This document shows positions 27,083 to 36,496 of a stretch of DNA of 64,000 bases, piece after piece (position 1 is the stretch's first letter; the number at the start of each line of letters is the position of its first letter). This DNA comes from Planctomycetota bacterium. GTDB taxonomy: Bacteria; Planctomycetota; UBA1135; UBA2386. The translations under genes were made by a program, and so were the position numbers. Under the pieces are notes generated by a model. The model was not told the origin of the DNA and ran no database searches. It saw only the letters and a program-made list of their open reading frames with translations. The DNA lies in the NCBI GenBank assembly GCA_046290465.1, contig JBKAGP010000001.1, forward strand, positions 2,176,001 through 2,240,000, read 5' to 3'.

Positions 27083-29184
27083 CAGTCCTTCCTCCGGAAC
27101 GTCTGGCGCGGCGCGACGCCGGTGCCGAGCGTCTGCACGGTCGCCAGCTCCTGCAGCCCGAACTCGACCGTCGACAGGGTCTCCCCGGTCAGCAGTTCGA
27201 CCGCGATCGGCGTGTCGATGTTGGGGTAGGCGCCGAACAGCTCGCCCTCGTCGCCGAGGAAGTCGTCGTTGTCGCGGTCGGTGCCGGCGACGAGCAGGTA
27301 GATGCCCGGCTCGATCTCCGGGAACGCGAAGCCGAAGTTCGACGAGCTGTCCGTCTGCGTCTGGTACTTCGTCTCGAGCGTGACCGGGTCGACCAGCAGC
27401 ACGAACACCGTGTCGGCCGACACGGTCGACTGGCCGACCTGCAGCCGCACCGTGATCTGGATGCTGACCGGGTTGTTGCCGTCGGTGTAGTTGAGCGTCG
27501 CCGTGGTCTGTTCGACGCCGTTGCCGAGGCCGGTCCGGTCGGCGACCAATTCGAGCCGATCGCCGTCGATGCCGTTGTTGGCGACCTGTTCGAAGACCTG
27601 GCCGTCGAGCCACGCAGCCGGCGGATCGAAGAAGCCGTCGACGAACGTCAGGTTGCCGGTGCCGAGGTTCTCGAGTGAGACCGCCAGCTGGTCACCGTCC
27701 GGGCCGAGGTCGACCGCGGTCTGGTCGGCGGCGAGCACCGGCGCGCTCGGCGGAGCACCACCGCCGGTCGAGGCGGCCTGCACCGCGGCGAGCGCGTCGA
27801 CCAGGCGGCCGCCGTTGGGCAGGCCGAGGCCGCCGTCGGCGTTGCCGATCAGGATCTGCCGCAGGTCGGCGGCCGACAGGTTGGGGTTGGCGGCCAGCAC
27901 CAGCGCGGCGACCCCGGCGACGTGCGGGCTCGCCATCGACGTGCCGTTCTCGAACTTGAAGAACAGGTTGCCCTGGTCGTCGGCCATCGTCGACAGCACG
28001 CCGTCCGGGAAGCCGTCGGCGTTGCGGTCGGCGCTCATGTCGCCGCCCGGCGCCCAGATGTCGATCGTCGGGCTGAAGTTGGAGTACGGCGCGCGCTGCC
28101 GCACCAGGTCGACGGCGCCGACCGACAGCACCGAGTCGAACGAGGCGGGCGACATCGGCATGTCGCTGTTGTCGTTGCCGGCGGCGGCGACCAGCAGCAC
28201 ACCGGCGGCGGCAGCCTGGTTGCACGCCTGCTCCATGACCGGGCTCAGGCCCGGACCGCCGAGACTCATGTTGATGATGTCGGCGCGCTGCGGCGGCACG
28301 GCACCGCTGGCGTTGGGCAGTCCGGCGGCGTAGAGGATGCCGTTGGCGATGTCGTCGATGGTGCCGCCGCCGGCGCCGAGCACGCGCACGGTCATCAGCT
28401 TGCAGTTCCAGTCGACTCCGGCGACCCCCTGGCCGTCGTTGCCGTTGGCGCCGATCGTGCCCGCGACGTGCGTGCCGTGGAAGCTCGACCCCTGCGGCGT
28501 GATCAGGTCGCCGACGTCCTCCGGGTCGGGGTCCCGGCCATCGCCGTCGCGGGCGATCTGCGGGTTGCTGATCATGTCGTAGCCGCCGATCAGGCGCCCC
28601 GAGAACTCCGGATGCGAAGACACGATGCCGGTGTCGAGCACGGCGACGATCACGTTCGACGAGCCCTGCGAGACGTCCCAGGCCTGCGGCAGGTTGATCT
28701 GCGGGTAGTGCCACTGCTTGTCGTAGAACGTGTCGTTCGGGTTGGTGAACGCCTGCATCACGTAGTTGGGACTCGCACAGCGAACGCCCGGCATCGCCGC
28801 CATCGCGTCGGCCGCGTCGCAGGTCGCCTTCTCGACGCTGTCCTCGACGCGCGCGCCATCGGCGAGCGAGGAGCGGCCGTCGGCCTGGTGCGCGTGGTAG
28901 ACGGCCATCGGTCCGGCTCCGCGGACGAAGTCGTAGCCGGGCGTCTCGAAGTCGAGCGGCGCGCTGCCCTGCTCGAACCAGACGACGACCTCGCCCGGGA
29001 TCATCGGCGTGTTGAGGTTGGCGACGGTCGGCGCGACCTGCGGCATGCGCAGCGAGCCACCGAGCGTGGCGTTGTTGGTGGTGGTCGGCGGCGTCGCGCC
29101 GCCGCCGCCGCCGCCGCCGCAGGCAGCGGCGAACAGGGCGACGGCGGGCAGGAGCAGGGAAGGGTGGAGTTGCGTTTGCTTCAT
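27082..29184 (-). CDS. Subtilisin-like S8 serine peptidase, lipoprotein
   Basis: Lipobox AAAC; catalytic VAVLDTG, HGTHVAG, AAAGND, GTSMASPHVAG. Confidence 0.95.
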   Translation of the reverse strand: MKQTQLHPSLLLPAVALFAAACGGGGGGGATPPTTTNNATLGGSLRMPQVAPTVANLNTPMIPGEVVVWFEQGSAPLDFETPGYDFVRGAGPMAVYHAHQADGRSSLADGARVEDSVEKATCDAADAMAAMPGVRCASPNYVMQAFTNPNDTFYDKQWHYPQINLPQAWDVSQGSSNVIVAVLDTGIVSSHPEFSGRLIGGYDMISNPQIARDGDGRDPDPEDVGDLITPQGSSFHGTHVAGTIGANGNDGQGVAGVDWNCKLMTVRVLGAGGGTIDDIANGILYAAGLPNASGAVPPQRADIINMSLGGPGLSPVMEQACNQAAAAGVLLVAAAGNDNSDMPMSPASFDSVLSVGAVDLVRQRAPYSNFSPTIDIWAPGGDMSADRNADGFPDGVLSTMADDQGNLFFKFENGTSMASPHVAGVAALVLAANPNLSAADLRQILIGNADGGLGLPNGGRLVDALAAVQAASTGGGAPPSAPVLAADQTAVDLGPDGDQLAVSLENLGTGNLTFVDGFFDPPAAWLDGQVFEQVANNGIDGDRLELVADRTGLGNGVEQTTATLNYTDGNNPVSIQITVRLQVGQSTVSADTVFVLLVDPVTLETKYQTQTDSSSNFGFAFPEIEPGIYLLVAGTDRDNDDFLGDEGELFGAYPNIDTPIAVELLTGETLSTVEFGLQELATVQTLGTGVAPRQTFRRKD

Positions 29185-29434
29185 GTCTGCCGACACACAA
29201 CGGCGTGCTGTGCCGGACGTGGCGACGGGTTGTCAATCCCCCTGAACGGCGCGCCCCGCTACGACCCGGGTCGGACGCCTGCATTGCTCCCGTCCGCCAT
29301 GCCACGGGGCGGGTTTGCGACAAATCGCGTTGGCACAGGCGTCCCCACTACAACTACTCTCCTGTCGGTCGGGGCTTGTGGACACGTCACACCTCGCAGC
29401 CTCGTCCCTGTCCATCACCACTTAGGAGAACTCC

Positions 29435-31087
29435 ATGCGTATCAAGCTCTCGCTTGCTGTCGTCGCCTTGGCCGCAGGCCTGCAGGCCCAGGTCGTGCTT
29501 CCGCTCGGCCAACCGCTGACGAGCGCCAACCAGGGCAACCCTGGCGGCGCCGTCTACCTCAACATGACCTGCAACACGGTCGTCACCTGGGACCAGCTCG
29601 AGTACGTCAGCTCGGACGCCTCGCCGGCCGGCAACTCGTCGTTCGAGATCTACTTCGGCCCCTCGCAGTGGCAAGGCAACGTCGCCAACCAGGGCCCGTG
29701 GATCCTGATCGGCCAGTCCGCTCCGGTCGCCATCGCCGGCGGTGTCGACGAAACCGTCGTCGGCGTCATCTCGGGCGCAGGCGCCAACACCGGCACCGTC
29801 ACGTTCGCGCCGGGCACCTACGGCATCGCGCTGGTCGCGACCGGCCACAGCTGGGGCTACCAGAACGGCACGTTCAACTTCAGTGATCCGAACGTCTCGA
29901 TCACGACCGGCGGCGCGTCGAACGCTCCGTTCACGCTGCCGACGTTCCAGCCGCGCTCGGTCAACGGCAACCTGACCTACACGGTCGGCGGCACCCCGAT
30001 CGCGCTGGCCTCGCAGCAGGTCTTCGGCCAGGGCTGCTACGCCAACTACACCTCGTTCTACGAGGTCTTCGCCAACACCGCCTCGGGTCAGGACCTGAGC
30101 AACACGTCGATCCTGATGGCCTTCAACTCGGCCACGGGCGCCTACGACGTCTCGGCCGGCACGACCGCTCCGGTCCCGGCTGGCGCGGGTGCCGCGGTGC
30201 AGACGTTCACCGGTAACGACGACTCGGTCCAGATCGCGCTCGGCGGCCTGCCGATCTCGTACGTGACCCCGAACGGCATCCAGATCTCGCCGGTCGACCC
30301 GGTGCTCAACGATTTCGTGGCGCAGTTCGGCGCGGACGGCTGGGTCGGTCTCGACGACGTCGTCAACACCAGCGGCAACCCGTCGGTCGCCAACTTCCTC
30401 AGTGGCGGCGCCCGCGTCGGCAACTGGCAGGACATGGACCCGCTGACGGCGGGCACGGCGTGGTACGAGTTCGATGCGGCCAACGCGGCCCACATCTTCA
30501 CGTGGGATGGCATCCCGAGCCGCGGCCTGACCGACCCGAACACGATCCAGGTCGTGTTCTTCCCCAACCTGGACATCGAGATCCGCCTCGGCGTGCTCAA
30601 CCTCCAGGGTGGCGGTGGCTGGCCGACCCTGACCGGCTACACGCCGGGCAACGGCGCCCTCGACCCGGGCTCGACCGACCTGTCGGCTTCGCTGCCGTTC
30701 TCGACGCAGGCGACCGACTCGGATCCGCTGCGCCTCGAAGCCGATGCGACGCCGGTCCTCGGCCAAACGGTCAACCTGATCACCTCGAACGAGACGACCA
30801 ACCCGGGCGTCGGCATCACGATCTTCTCGACCACGCCGCTGACGGGCAACCCGCTGCCGCCGATCGACCTGATCATCCTCAACGCCCCGGGCTGCTTCGC
30901 CAACGTCGGCACCCTCGACGTCACGCTCCCGATCATCACGGGCGCGATGTCGAGCCCGTTCCCGATCCCGAACGCCCCGGCGTTCATCGGCTTCGAGATC
31001 GGCGTGCAGAGCGCCTGGCTCGACGCCGCCGCGAACGGCTTCGGCCTGATCACGTCGAACGGCGTGCTGCTCAAGCTCGGCGTCTAG
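29435..31087 (+). CDS. Secreted beta-rich protein with shared C-terminal domain
   Basis: AGGAG RBS; signal LQA|Q; internal 'FGQGC'; C-terminus 'APGC...IPN.P..IG..GVQSAWLD..AN.FG..TSNG'; own terminator. Confidence 0.85.
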   Translation: MRIKLSLAVVALAAGLQAQVVLPLGQPLTSANQGNPGGAVYLNMTCNTVVTWDQLEYVSSDASPAGNSSFEIYFGPSQWQGNVANQGPWILIGQSAPVAIAGGVDETVVGVISGAGANTGTVTFAPGTYGIALVATGHSWGYQNGTFNFSDPNVSITTGGASNAPFTLPTFQPRSVNGNLTYTVGGTPIALASQQVFGQGCYANYTSFYEVFANTASGQDLSNTSILMAFNSATGAYDVSAGTTAPVPAGAGAAVQTFTGNDDSVQIALGGLPISYVTPNGIQISPVDPVLNDFVAQFGADGWVGLDDVVNTSGNPSVANFLSGGARVGNWQDMDPLTAGTAWYEFDAANAAHIFTWDGIPSRGLTDPNTIQVVFFPNLDIEIRLGVLNLQGGGGWPTLTGYTPGNGALDPGSTDLSASLPFSTQATDSDPLRLEADATPVLGQTVNLITSNETTNPGVGITIFSTTPLTGNPLPPIDLIILNAPGCFANVGTLDVTLPIITGAMSSPFPIPNAPAFIGFEIGVQSAWLDAAANGFGLITSNGVLLKLGV

Positions 31088-31107
31088 GCTGAGTTTGTTG
31101 TGGTTGG

Positions 31108-31150
31108 ACAACGGCCGCTGCCCACCGGGCAGCGGCCGTTGTTCGGTTTT
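31108..31150 (+). terminator. Rho-independent terminator
   Basis: 16-bp perfect stem ACAACGGCCGCTGCCC/GGGCAGCGGCCGTTGT, 3-nt loop, followed by TCGGTTTT, 20 nt after a stop codon. Confidence 0.75.
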
Positions 31151-31162
31151 GGGGGCGGGGCT

Positions 31163-31290
31163 GGGTTGGTTGGAAGGGTTGGTTGATGGGTTGGGTTGGT
31201 TGATGGGTTGGGTTTCGTTGGGCGGCGAGGGTCGGTTGATCGACTGGGGTTGGTTGTGGGGCTGGGTTGGTTGTGGGGCTGGGTTGGTTG
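31163..31290 (+). repeat. GT-rich simple repeat: six copies of GGGTTGGTTG, partly at 17-bp period
   Basis: Copies start at 31163, 31176, 31193, 31247, 31264, 31281. Confidence 0.85.
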
Positions 31291-31440
31291 ATCGCCTGAG
31301 CCTGGTCGTCCAGCCCCGTCGGTTGCTCGGCTGGTTCGTCGTGCGGCCACCCTTGCCCGTCGGGTTGAGGTTGCGGCAGCGAATGCGCAAACCTCCCCGG
31401 TCGACCGCGCCTCGACCTCGGGATCGAGAACCGGCGAGGG

Positions 31441-31535
31441 CGTTCCCCCGCGGCTCCGTCCCCCTCGGCGTCGGCTCAAGGCGAGGCGCCAGAGGGCGCA
31501 GCCGACGCCGAGGGGGACGGAGCCGCGGGGGAACG
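31441..31535. repeat. 36-bp perfect inverted repeat with 23-nt spacer upstream of RAYT
   Basis: 31441-31476 is the exact reverse complement of 31500-31535. Confidence 0.92.
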
Positions 31536-31597
31536 GGGGCGGGTGTGGGTTTGGGATTGGGGCGGTGTGAGGTAGGTGGCGGCGGTCTGGGGCGTGC

Positions 31598-31628
31598 CGG
31601 AAGTTGGAGGATGAACCGCGTACCGTAC
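31598..31628. repeat. REP-like unit upstream of RAYT
   Basis: CGGAAGTTGGAGGATGAACCGCGTACCGTAC matches the reverse complement of 45563-45593 at 30/31 positions. Confidence 0.85.
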
Positions 31629-31692
31629 GGCAAGTTTGGGGGTGGTGGGTTGATTGGGTTGGGGGCTTGGGGTAGATTAGTGCGCAATCAAG

Positions 31693-32439
31693 ATGGTGAA
31701 GAACGGTCAGATGACGGGGAAGGGCAGGGGCAAGCGGGGTGCCGGTGAGGGGCGGCAGCTGGGGTTGCCGTTTCGGGGGCATGGCGGGGTGCGGAAGGGT
31801 GCGGGGCGCAAGCCGAACGGGAGCAAGGCGCTGGTCGACCACCGGCCGCGGGCGGCGCTGGCGTCGCGGTTTCCCGTGCACGTGACGTGTCGGGTGGCGC
31901 GGGGGCTGCCGCGGTTGCGAAGGCGGAGGGAGCGGGCGGTGCTGTTGCAGGCGTTCGCCAAGGGGTGCGATCGGTTCGGGATGCGGCTGACGCATTGGGT
32001 CGTGCTCGACGACCACCTGCACATGGTCTGCGAGGCCAAGGGGCGCGATGCGCTGCGGCGCGGCATGCAGGGGCTGCTGATCCGGATCGCCAAGGCGCTC
32101 AACAAGCTGTGGCAGCGGCGCGGCAAGGTGTGGGCGGATCGGTTCCACGATCGGGTGCTCAAGACGCCGCGCGAGGTGCGCAACGTGCTGCGCTACGTGT
32201 TCGGCAACGGCCACAAGCACTCGGCGCGCAACGGCGGCACGGGGCCCAACGTCGACGGGCCGATCGACTGCTACTCGAGCGCGCCGTGGTTCGACGGCTT
32301 CCGGCCGCGGGTGCGCACGCGCGGGATCGAGGGCTTGCCGCGGCCGGTCTCCCCCACCCGCACGTGGCTGCTCAGCGCGGGGTGGCGGCGGCACGGGCTG
32401 CTGTCGCCGGTTGGCGGGGCTCCGGTTGCGCCGCCGTAG
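31693..32439 (+). mobile_element. REP-associated tyrosine transposase (RAYT / Y1 HUH transposase)
   Basis: 'PVHVTCR', HUH 'DHLHM', 'GKVWADRFH', catalytic Tyr in 'LRYVFGN', 'YSSA'; flanked by palindromes; G-skewed composition. Confidence 0.88.
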
Positions 32440-32538
32440 GTGCGCGCGTTGCGGCCTCCGTTATGCAAACGCCGCCAGGCGTTCGTCCGCCATGGGCGCG
32501 GCCTCGCTTCGACTTCGAAGGGCGCGGACGGAGGCGGG

Positions 32539-32615
32539 TGGCACGCCCGCCAGGATTCGAACCTGGGACCGCCGGCTTAGAAGGCCGATGCTCTATCCAG
32601 CTGAGCTACGGGCGC
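32539..32615 (-). tRNA. tRNA-Arg (anticodon TCT)
   Basis: GCGCCCGTAGCTCAGCTGGATAGAGCATCGGCCTTCTAAGCCG...GGTTCGAATCCTGG...CCA, 77-nt cloverleaf. Confidence 0.96.
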
Positions 32616-32662
32616 GTGTGGCGGCAGACGCTATCGCAGCCGTTGGTCGAGGGCCATACGCG

Positions 32663-32749
32663 CTAGTGGGCAAAGCCCCGTCCGCACGCGTACACGCCGC
32701 TTCCGCGATCACGGTCGGCAGCGCGTCCACTACATGGACGCGCTCCTAG
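32663..32749. repeat. 87-bp CTAG-bounded element, copy 2
   Basis: Identical to 26619-26705, same orientation. Confidence 0.95.
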
Positions 32750-33555
32750 AACGCAAAGCCGAAGGTCAGCAGGAAGCCCTGCACGTCCCCCAGCACCACG
32801 CGGGCGCGCGCCATCAGCGGCACGCGGTCGTGCTTGTAGAGGCCCTCGAAGTAGATGCCGACGTTGGTGCCGGTGATGACGGCGGGGTCGTCGTTGGCGA
32901 AGCGGGCGGGGTCGTCCGACTCGTAGATGGCGGCGATGCTGTCGACCACGATGCCGGAGCTTGCCTGCACGCCGAACGCGCGGGCGCCGAAGCCGACCTC
33001 GAAGGCCGCCTCGAGGTAGCCGAAGTCCGCGTCGAAGCCGCCGACGGTCTCCGAGCCGCCGGCGATGTTGGCGGCGAAGCGGACCGGCACGACGAACTCG
33101 GCCGGGCCGGCGCGGCCGACGTCCGGTGTGCCGGCGATCCCGCCGCCGAAGCCGAACAGGTCGAACTCCTCGCCGAGCAGGGACGGCGCCCGGTAGTCCT
33201 CGGCAAAGACCTGGAAGAAGCCGCCGATGGTGCCGCTGCCGAACTCGCCGCGGAAGCCGGTGCGGTCGCGTTCGGCGTCGGTCAGGTCGGCGTCCGGCGC
33301 GCTGTCGAAGTCGACGTCGAACTGGTCGAACTCCAGCTCCTCGCGAAAGACCTGCAGGCGCACGCGGGTGTCACCGTAGGGCGTGCCGCGGCGGCGCGGC
33401 CGCGGCTTCGGCGTCGGCTCCTGAGGGATCGGGGCCAGGGTCTCGAACGGCGCGAGCGCCGGGCCCCCGCCGAACGGCTCGCGCGCCGGCGACGGCCCCT
33501 GCACGCAGGCGCTCGCCGCAGCCAGCAGGACGACGATGGACAGGATCGTGCGCAT
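32746..33555 (-). CDS. Putative outer-membrane beta-barrel protein with lipoprotein signal
   Basis: Lipobox-like ASAC; alternating amphipathic strands; C-terminal LTFGFAF (terminal Phe). Confidence 0.65.
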   Translation of the reverse strand: MRTILSIVVLLAAASACVQGPSPAREPFGGGPALAPFETLAPIPQEPTPKPRPRRRGTPYGDTRVRLQVFREELEFDQFDVDFDSAPDADLTDAERDRTGFRGEFGSGTIGGFFQVFAEDYRAPSLLGEEFDLFGFGGGIAGTPDVGRAGPAEFVVPVRFAANIAGGSETVGGFDADFGYLEAAFEVGFGARAFGVQASSGIVVDSIAAIYESDDPARFANDDPAVITGTNVGIYFEGLYKHDRVPLMARARVVLGDVQGFLLTFGFAF

Positions 33556-33598
33556 GGTCGGGGCCAGACGTTAGGCGTTGGCCACCGCGCGGTCTCGC

Positions 33599-34534
33599 TC
33601 AATCGTCGTCGGCGACGGCGGCATCCTGCCCAGGCTCCGGCTGGGTCCGGTAGCGATCGTGGATCCACAGGTACTGCTCCGGCGCCCGTCGGATCAGCCG
33701 CTCCAGCCGTTCGTTGACCTGCCCGACCGCGCGCAGCAGATCGCCGCCCTTGTCGCCGGTCTTCGCCGGCACGAACGGCTCCTCGGCGACCAGTTCGAAG
33801 CGGAACCGCAGCCCCTTGCGCAGCGCGGCGCCGACGACGATCGCATAGCCGTGGCGCAGCGCGAGGCTGACCGCGGCGCGCTCGCAGCTGGCGACCTTGC
33901 CGAAGAACGGCGCGAACACGCCGCGCAACCGCTGGTTCTGGTCGACCACCTGCAGGCCGACGCCGCCGGCCGCCATCGCGTTGGCGAGGTCGCGGAAGCC
34001 GCCGCGCCGCGGGTGGATCTTCAGCCCGCCGCGTTCGCGCGTGCCGAGGATCCAGCGGTTGAGCAGCGGGTTCTTGGTGATGCGGGCGATGCCGTGTGCC
34101 GTACCGTTGAGCTGGGCCATGCCCACCGCGGCGACCTCCCAGCTGCCGAGGTGCGCGGTCAACCCGAAGAACGGCGCCTGCACCCGGTCCAGCTGCTGCT
34201 TCGCATCCGCGAAGTCGACGACCTGCGACAGGTCGCCGCCGCCGTCGAGCAACCGCGTCAGCCGCGCCATGTCGAGCGGCACCATGAACAGGTTGGCGGT
34301 CGCATCGCTGCCGAGCCGCAGCTGCTCGCGTTCGGAGAGCTCGGGGTAGGCCTGCTGCAGGAAGCGCAGCGCGAACCGGCGGCGGCGGCCGTCGACGCGG
34401 AACCACAGCCGACCGAGCCACGACGCCATCCGGTAGCCGAGCCACTGCGGCACGCGCGCCGCGGTGCCGATCGCGAGCCGCGCGAGCACGTAGACGACGC
34501 GGTCGACGAGCCGCACCTTGCGCCCCCCGCTCAC
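33599..34534 (-). CDS. Lipid A late acyltransferase (LpxL/HtrB family)
   Basis: 'TAHLGSWE', 'KNPLLN', 'VDQN...PFFG', 'PEQYLWIHDRYR'. Confidence 0.92.
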   Translation of the reverse strand: MSGGRKVRLVDRVVYVLARLAIGTAARVPQWLGYRMASWLGRLWFRVDGRRRRFALRFLQQAYPELSEREQLRLGSDATANLFMVPLDMARLTRLLDGGGDLSQVVDFADAKQQLDRVQAPFFGLTAHLGSWEVAAVGMAQLNGTAHGIARITKNPLLNRWILGTRERGGLKIHPRRGGFRDLANAMAAGGVGLQVVDQNQRLRGVFAPFFGKVASCERAAVSLALRHGYAIVVGAALRKGLRFRFELVAEEPFVPAKTGDKGGDLLRAVGQVNERLERLIRRAPEQYLWIHDRYRTQPEPGQDAAVADDD

Positions 34535-35538
34535 AGCAGGAACTCCCGCGGCGGCGGCGGCGCGTCGACGAACTGCAGGTCGATGCGCAGCACGTGACGT
34601 TCGACGTCGAAGCCGTCGAGGCGCGCGTCGTCCTTCTCGGTGGTCAGCAGCATGGCGTCGTGTTCTACGGCCAGCCCGGCCGCGGCACCGACCTCCGCGG
34701 CCGTGAACCGATGGTGGTCGCGGTGCACGACCTCGTCGACGACCTCGGCGCCGAGACCTTCGACCGTCGCCCGGAAGCTCTTCGGCTTGGCGATCGCCGA
34801 CAGCAGCACGACCCGTCGGCCGCGCAACGACGACGCCTCGCGGACGTCACCCGACGGCCGTGCGACGCAGTCCCTGGGAGCATGCGTGCAGGCGTGCACG
34901 CCGAGCCCCGGCTTGCCGCTGAGCTGCCGGATCCGCTGCACGCGCGCCGCCAACTGATCGCGGTCGAGGCCGTGCGCGCGCGTCAGCAGCACCAGGCCGG
35001 CGCGCCGCAGCCCGGACCGGAACTCACGAAGGTCCCCCGCCGGCAGGCAGTGGCCGTTGCCGAACGGCATGCGCGCATCGAGGCAGACGACGTCGAGGTC
35101 GCGGTGCAGCCGTCGGTGCTGGAAGCCGTCGTCGAGCACGACGAAGTCGGCGCCCTTGGCGACCAGCCGCCGGCCCGCCGCGACGCGATCCGGATCCTGC
35201 TCCTGCAGCAACCACGGCAGCCGCCGCTGCAGCAACACGCCCTCGTCATTGAGCTGCGCCCCGTCGGCGCGACCGTAGCCACGCGCCAGCACGCCCGGCG
35301 TGCGACCGGCGTCCTTCGCCAGCTGACACAGCCAGGCGACCGTCGGGGTCTTGCCGGTGCCGCCGACGGTCAGGTTGCCGATCGAGACGACCGGCACGTC
35401 GAGCTTCTGCACCTTCTTCCAGCCGAGCGTGAACAGCGCGTTGCGGGCCGCAGCGACCGTGCCGTAGAGCACGGCGAGCGGCCACAGCGCCTGCCTCAGC
35501 GTCTGCGGCAGCGGGTTCGCGCTCGCGTCCGAGCTCAC
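34531..35538 (-). CDS. lpxK: Tetraacyldisaccharide 4'-kinase
   Basis: 'ISIGNLTVGGTGKTP'-type P-loop, 'RGYG', 'DDGFQH', 'LPAGDLRE', 'TTEKD'. Confidence 0.96.
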   Translation of the reverse strand: MSSDASANPLPQTLRQALWPLAVLYGTVAAARNALFTLGWKKVQKLDVPVVSIGNLTVGGTGKTPTVAWLCQLAKDAGRTPGVLARGYGRADGAQLNDEGVLLQRRLPWLLQEQDPDRVAAGRRLVAKGADFVVLDDGFQHRRLHRDLDVVCLDARMPFGNGHCLPAGDLREFRSGLRRAGLVLLTRAHGLDRDQLAARVQRIRQLSGKPGLGVHACTHAPRDCVARPSGDVREASSLRGRRVVLLSAIAKPKSFRATVEGLGAEVVDEVVHRDHHRFTAAEVGAAAGLAVEHDAMLLTTEKDDARLDGFDVERHVLRIDLQFVDAPPPPREFLL

Positions 35539-36449
35539 GCCTGCAGCGCCGCGACCTCGTCCGCCGTCGTCGCCGCGGCGGTCTCGACGCCGTCGACGCC
35601 GGCCCCGGTCGCGATCCGCTTGACCATGTTGACGAGCGTCGGCTTCGGGCCGCACTCGACGAACTGACGCACGCCGTCGTCGAGCATGCCGGTCACCGTC
35701 GGCAGCCACAGCACCGCGCCCGCGAACTGCCGCTTCAGCGCGTCGCGCGCCGCGTCGGCGGTCGTCACCGGCTTCGCGTCGACGTTGCACCAGATCGGGA
35801 ACGCCGGGTCGTTCATCGGCACGGCGTCGAGCACCTCGGCGAACTTCGCGCCGGCCTCCTGCAGCAGCGAGCAGTGGAACGGCACGCTGACCGCGAGCTT
35901 CATCGCCTTGCGCGGCGGCGCCAGCTCGACCAGCTGATCCATCGCCGCCATCGCACCCGAGACGACCGTCTGCTGCGGTTCGTTTTTGTTGGCGATCTCG
36001 CAGACGCCCTTGTCGACCTTGGCGACCAGCGCCTCGACGTCCTCGATGCCCATCTTGCGCAGCACGACCATGCCGCCGGTGCCGACCGGCACCGCGTTCT
36101 GCATGAACGTCGCGCGCTGCCGCACCAGCTTGACCGCGTCGCCCAGCGACAACGTGCCGGCCGCGACGTGCGCGGCATACTCACCGAGGCTGTGGCCCGC
36201 CGCGAGATCCGGCGTCATGCCGAGCGCGCGGAACGCGGCCACCGCGACGGTCAGCGTCGCCGGCTGCGTGTTCTCGGTCAGCTGCAGCTTCTCGTCCGGG
36301 CCTTCGAAGCACAGCTCGGTGATCGACTCCCCTAGCGCCTCGTCCGCCTCGGCGAAGGTCTCGCGAGCGCGGTCGAAGCGCTCGACGAGGTCCTTGCCCA
36401 TACCCGTGAACTGCGATCCCTGGCCGGTGAACAAAAAGGCGCGTTGCAT
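35535..36449 (-). CDS. fabD: Malonyl-CoA:ACP transacylase
   Basis: 'FLFTGQGSQ..GMG', 'TENTQP', 'GHSLGEY', 'SVPFHC', 'VECGP'. Confidence 0.96.
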   Translation of the reverse strand: MQRAFLFTGQGSQFTGMGKDLVERFDRARETFAEADEALGESITELCFEGPDEKLQLTENTQPATLTVAVAAFRALGMTPDLAAGHSLGEYAAHVAAGTLSLGDAVKLVRQRATFMQNAVPVGTGGMVVLRKMGIEDVEALVAKVDKGVCEIANKNEPQQTVVSGAMAAMDQLVELAPPRKAMKLAVSVPFHCSLLQEAGAKFAEVLDAVPMNDPAFPIWCNVDAKPVTTADAARDALKRQFAGAVLWLPTVTGMLDDGVRQFVECGPKPTLVNMVKRIATGAGVDGVETAAATTADEVAALQA

Positions 36450-36496
36450 GCGCCCCAGCATTCCGCCGGACCCCGGCAGGGATCAAGCGCGTTCTG

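Noticed and set aside
31095..31748. 217-aa Gly/Trp/Leu-rich ORF that looks like a membrane protein
   Set aside because: It is the translation of GT-rich simple repeats and palindromes, with atypical codon usage
31693..32439. IS200/IS605 element with TnpB/IscB and guide RNA
   Set aside because: No RuvC-type nuclease ORF adjacent; protein length and motifs fit a RAYT rather than short IS200 TnpA
32539..32615. Integrase-type island or prophage at tRNA-Arg
   Set aside because: No integrase or phage genes and no duplicated tRNA 3' end seen in the window
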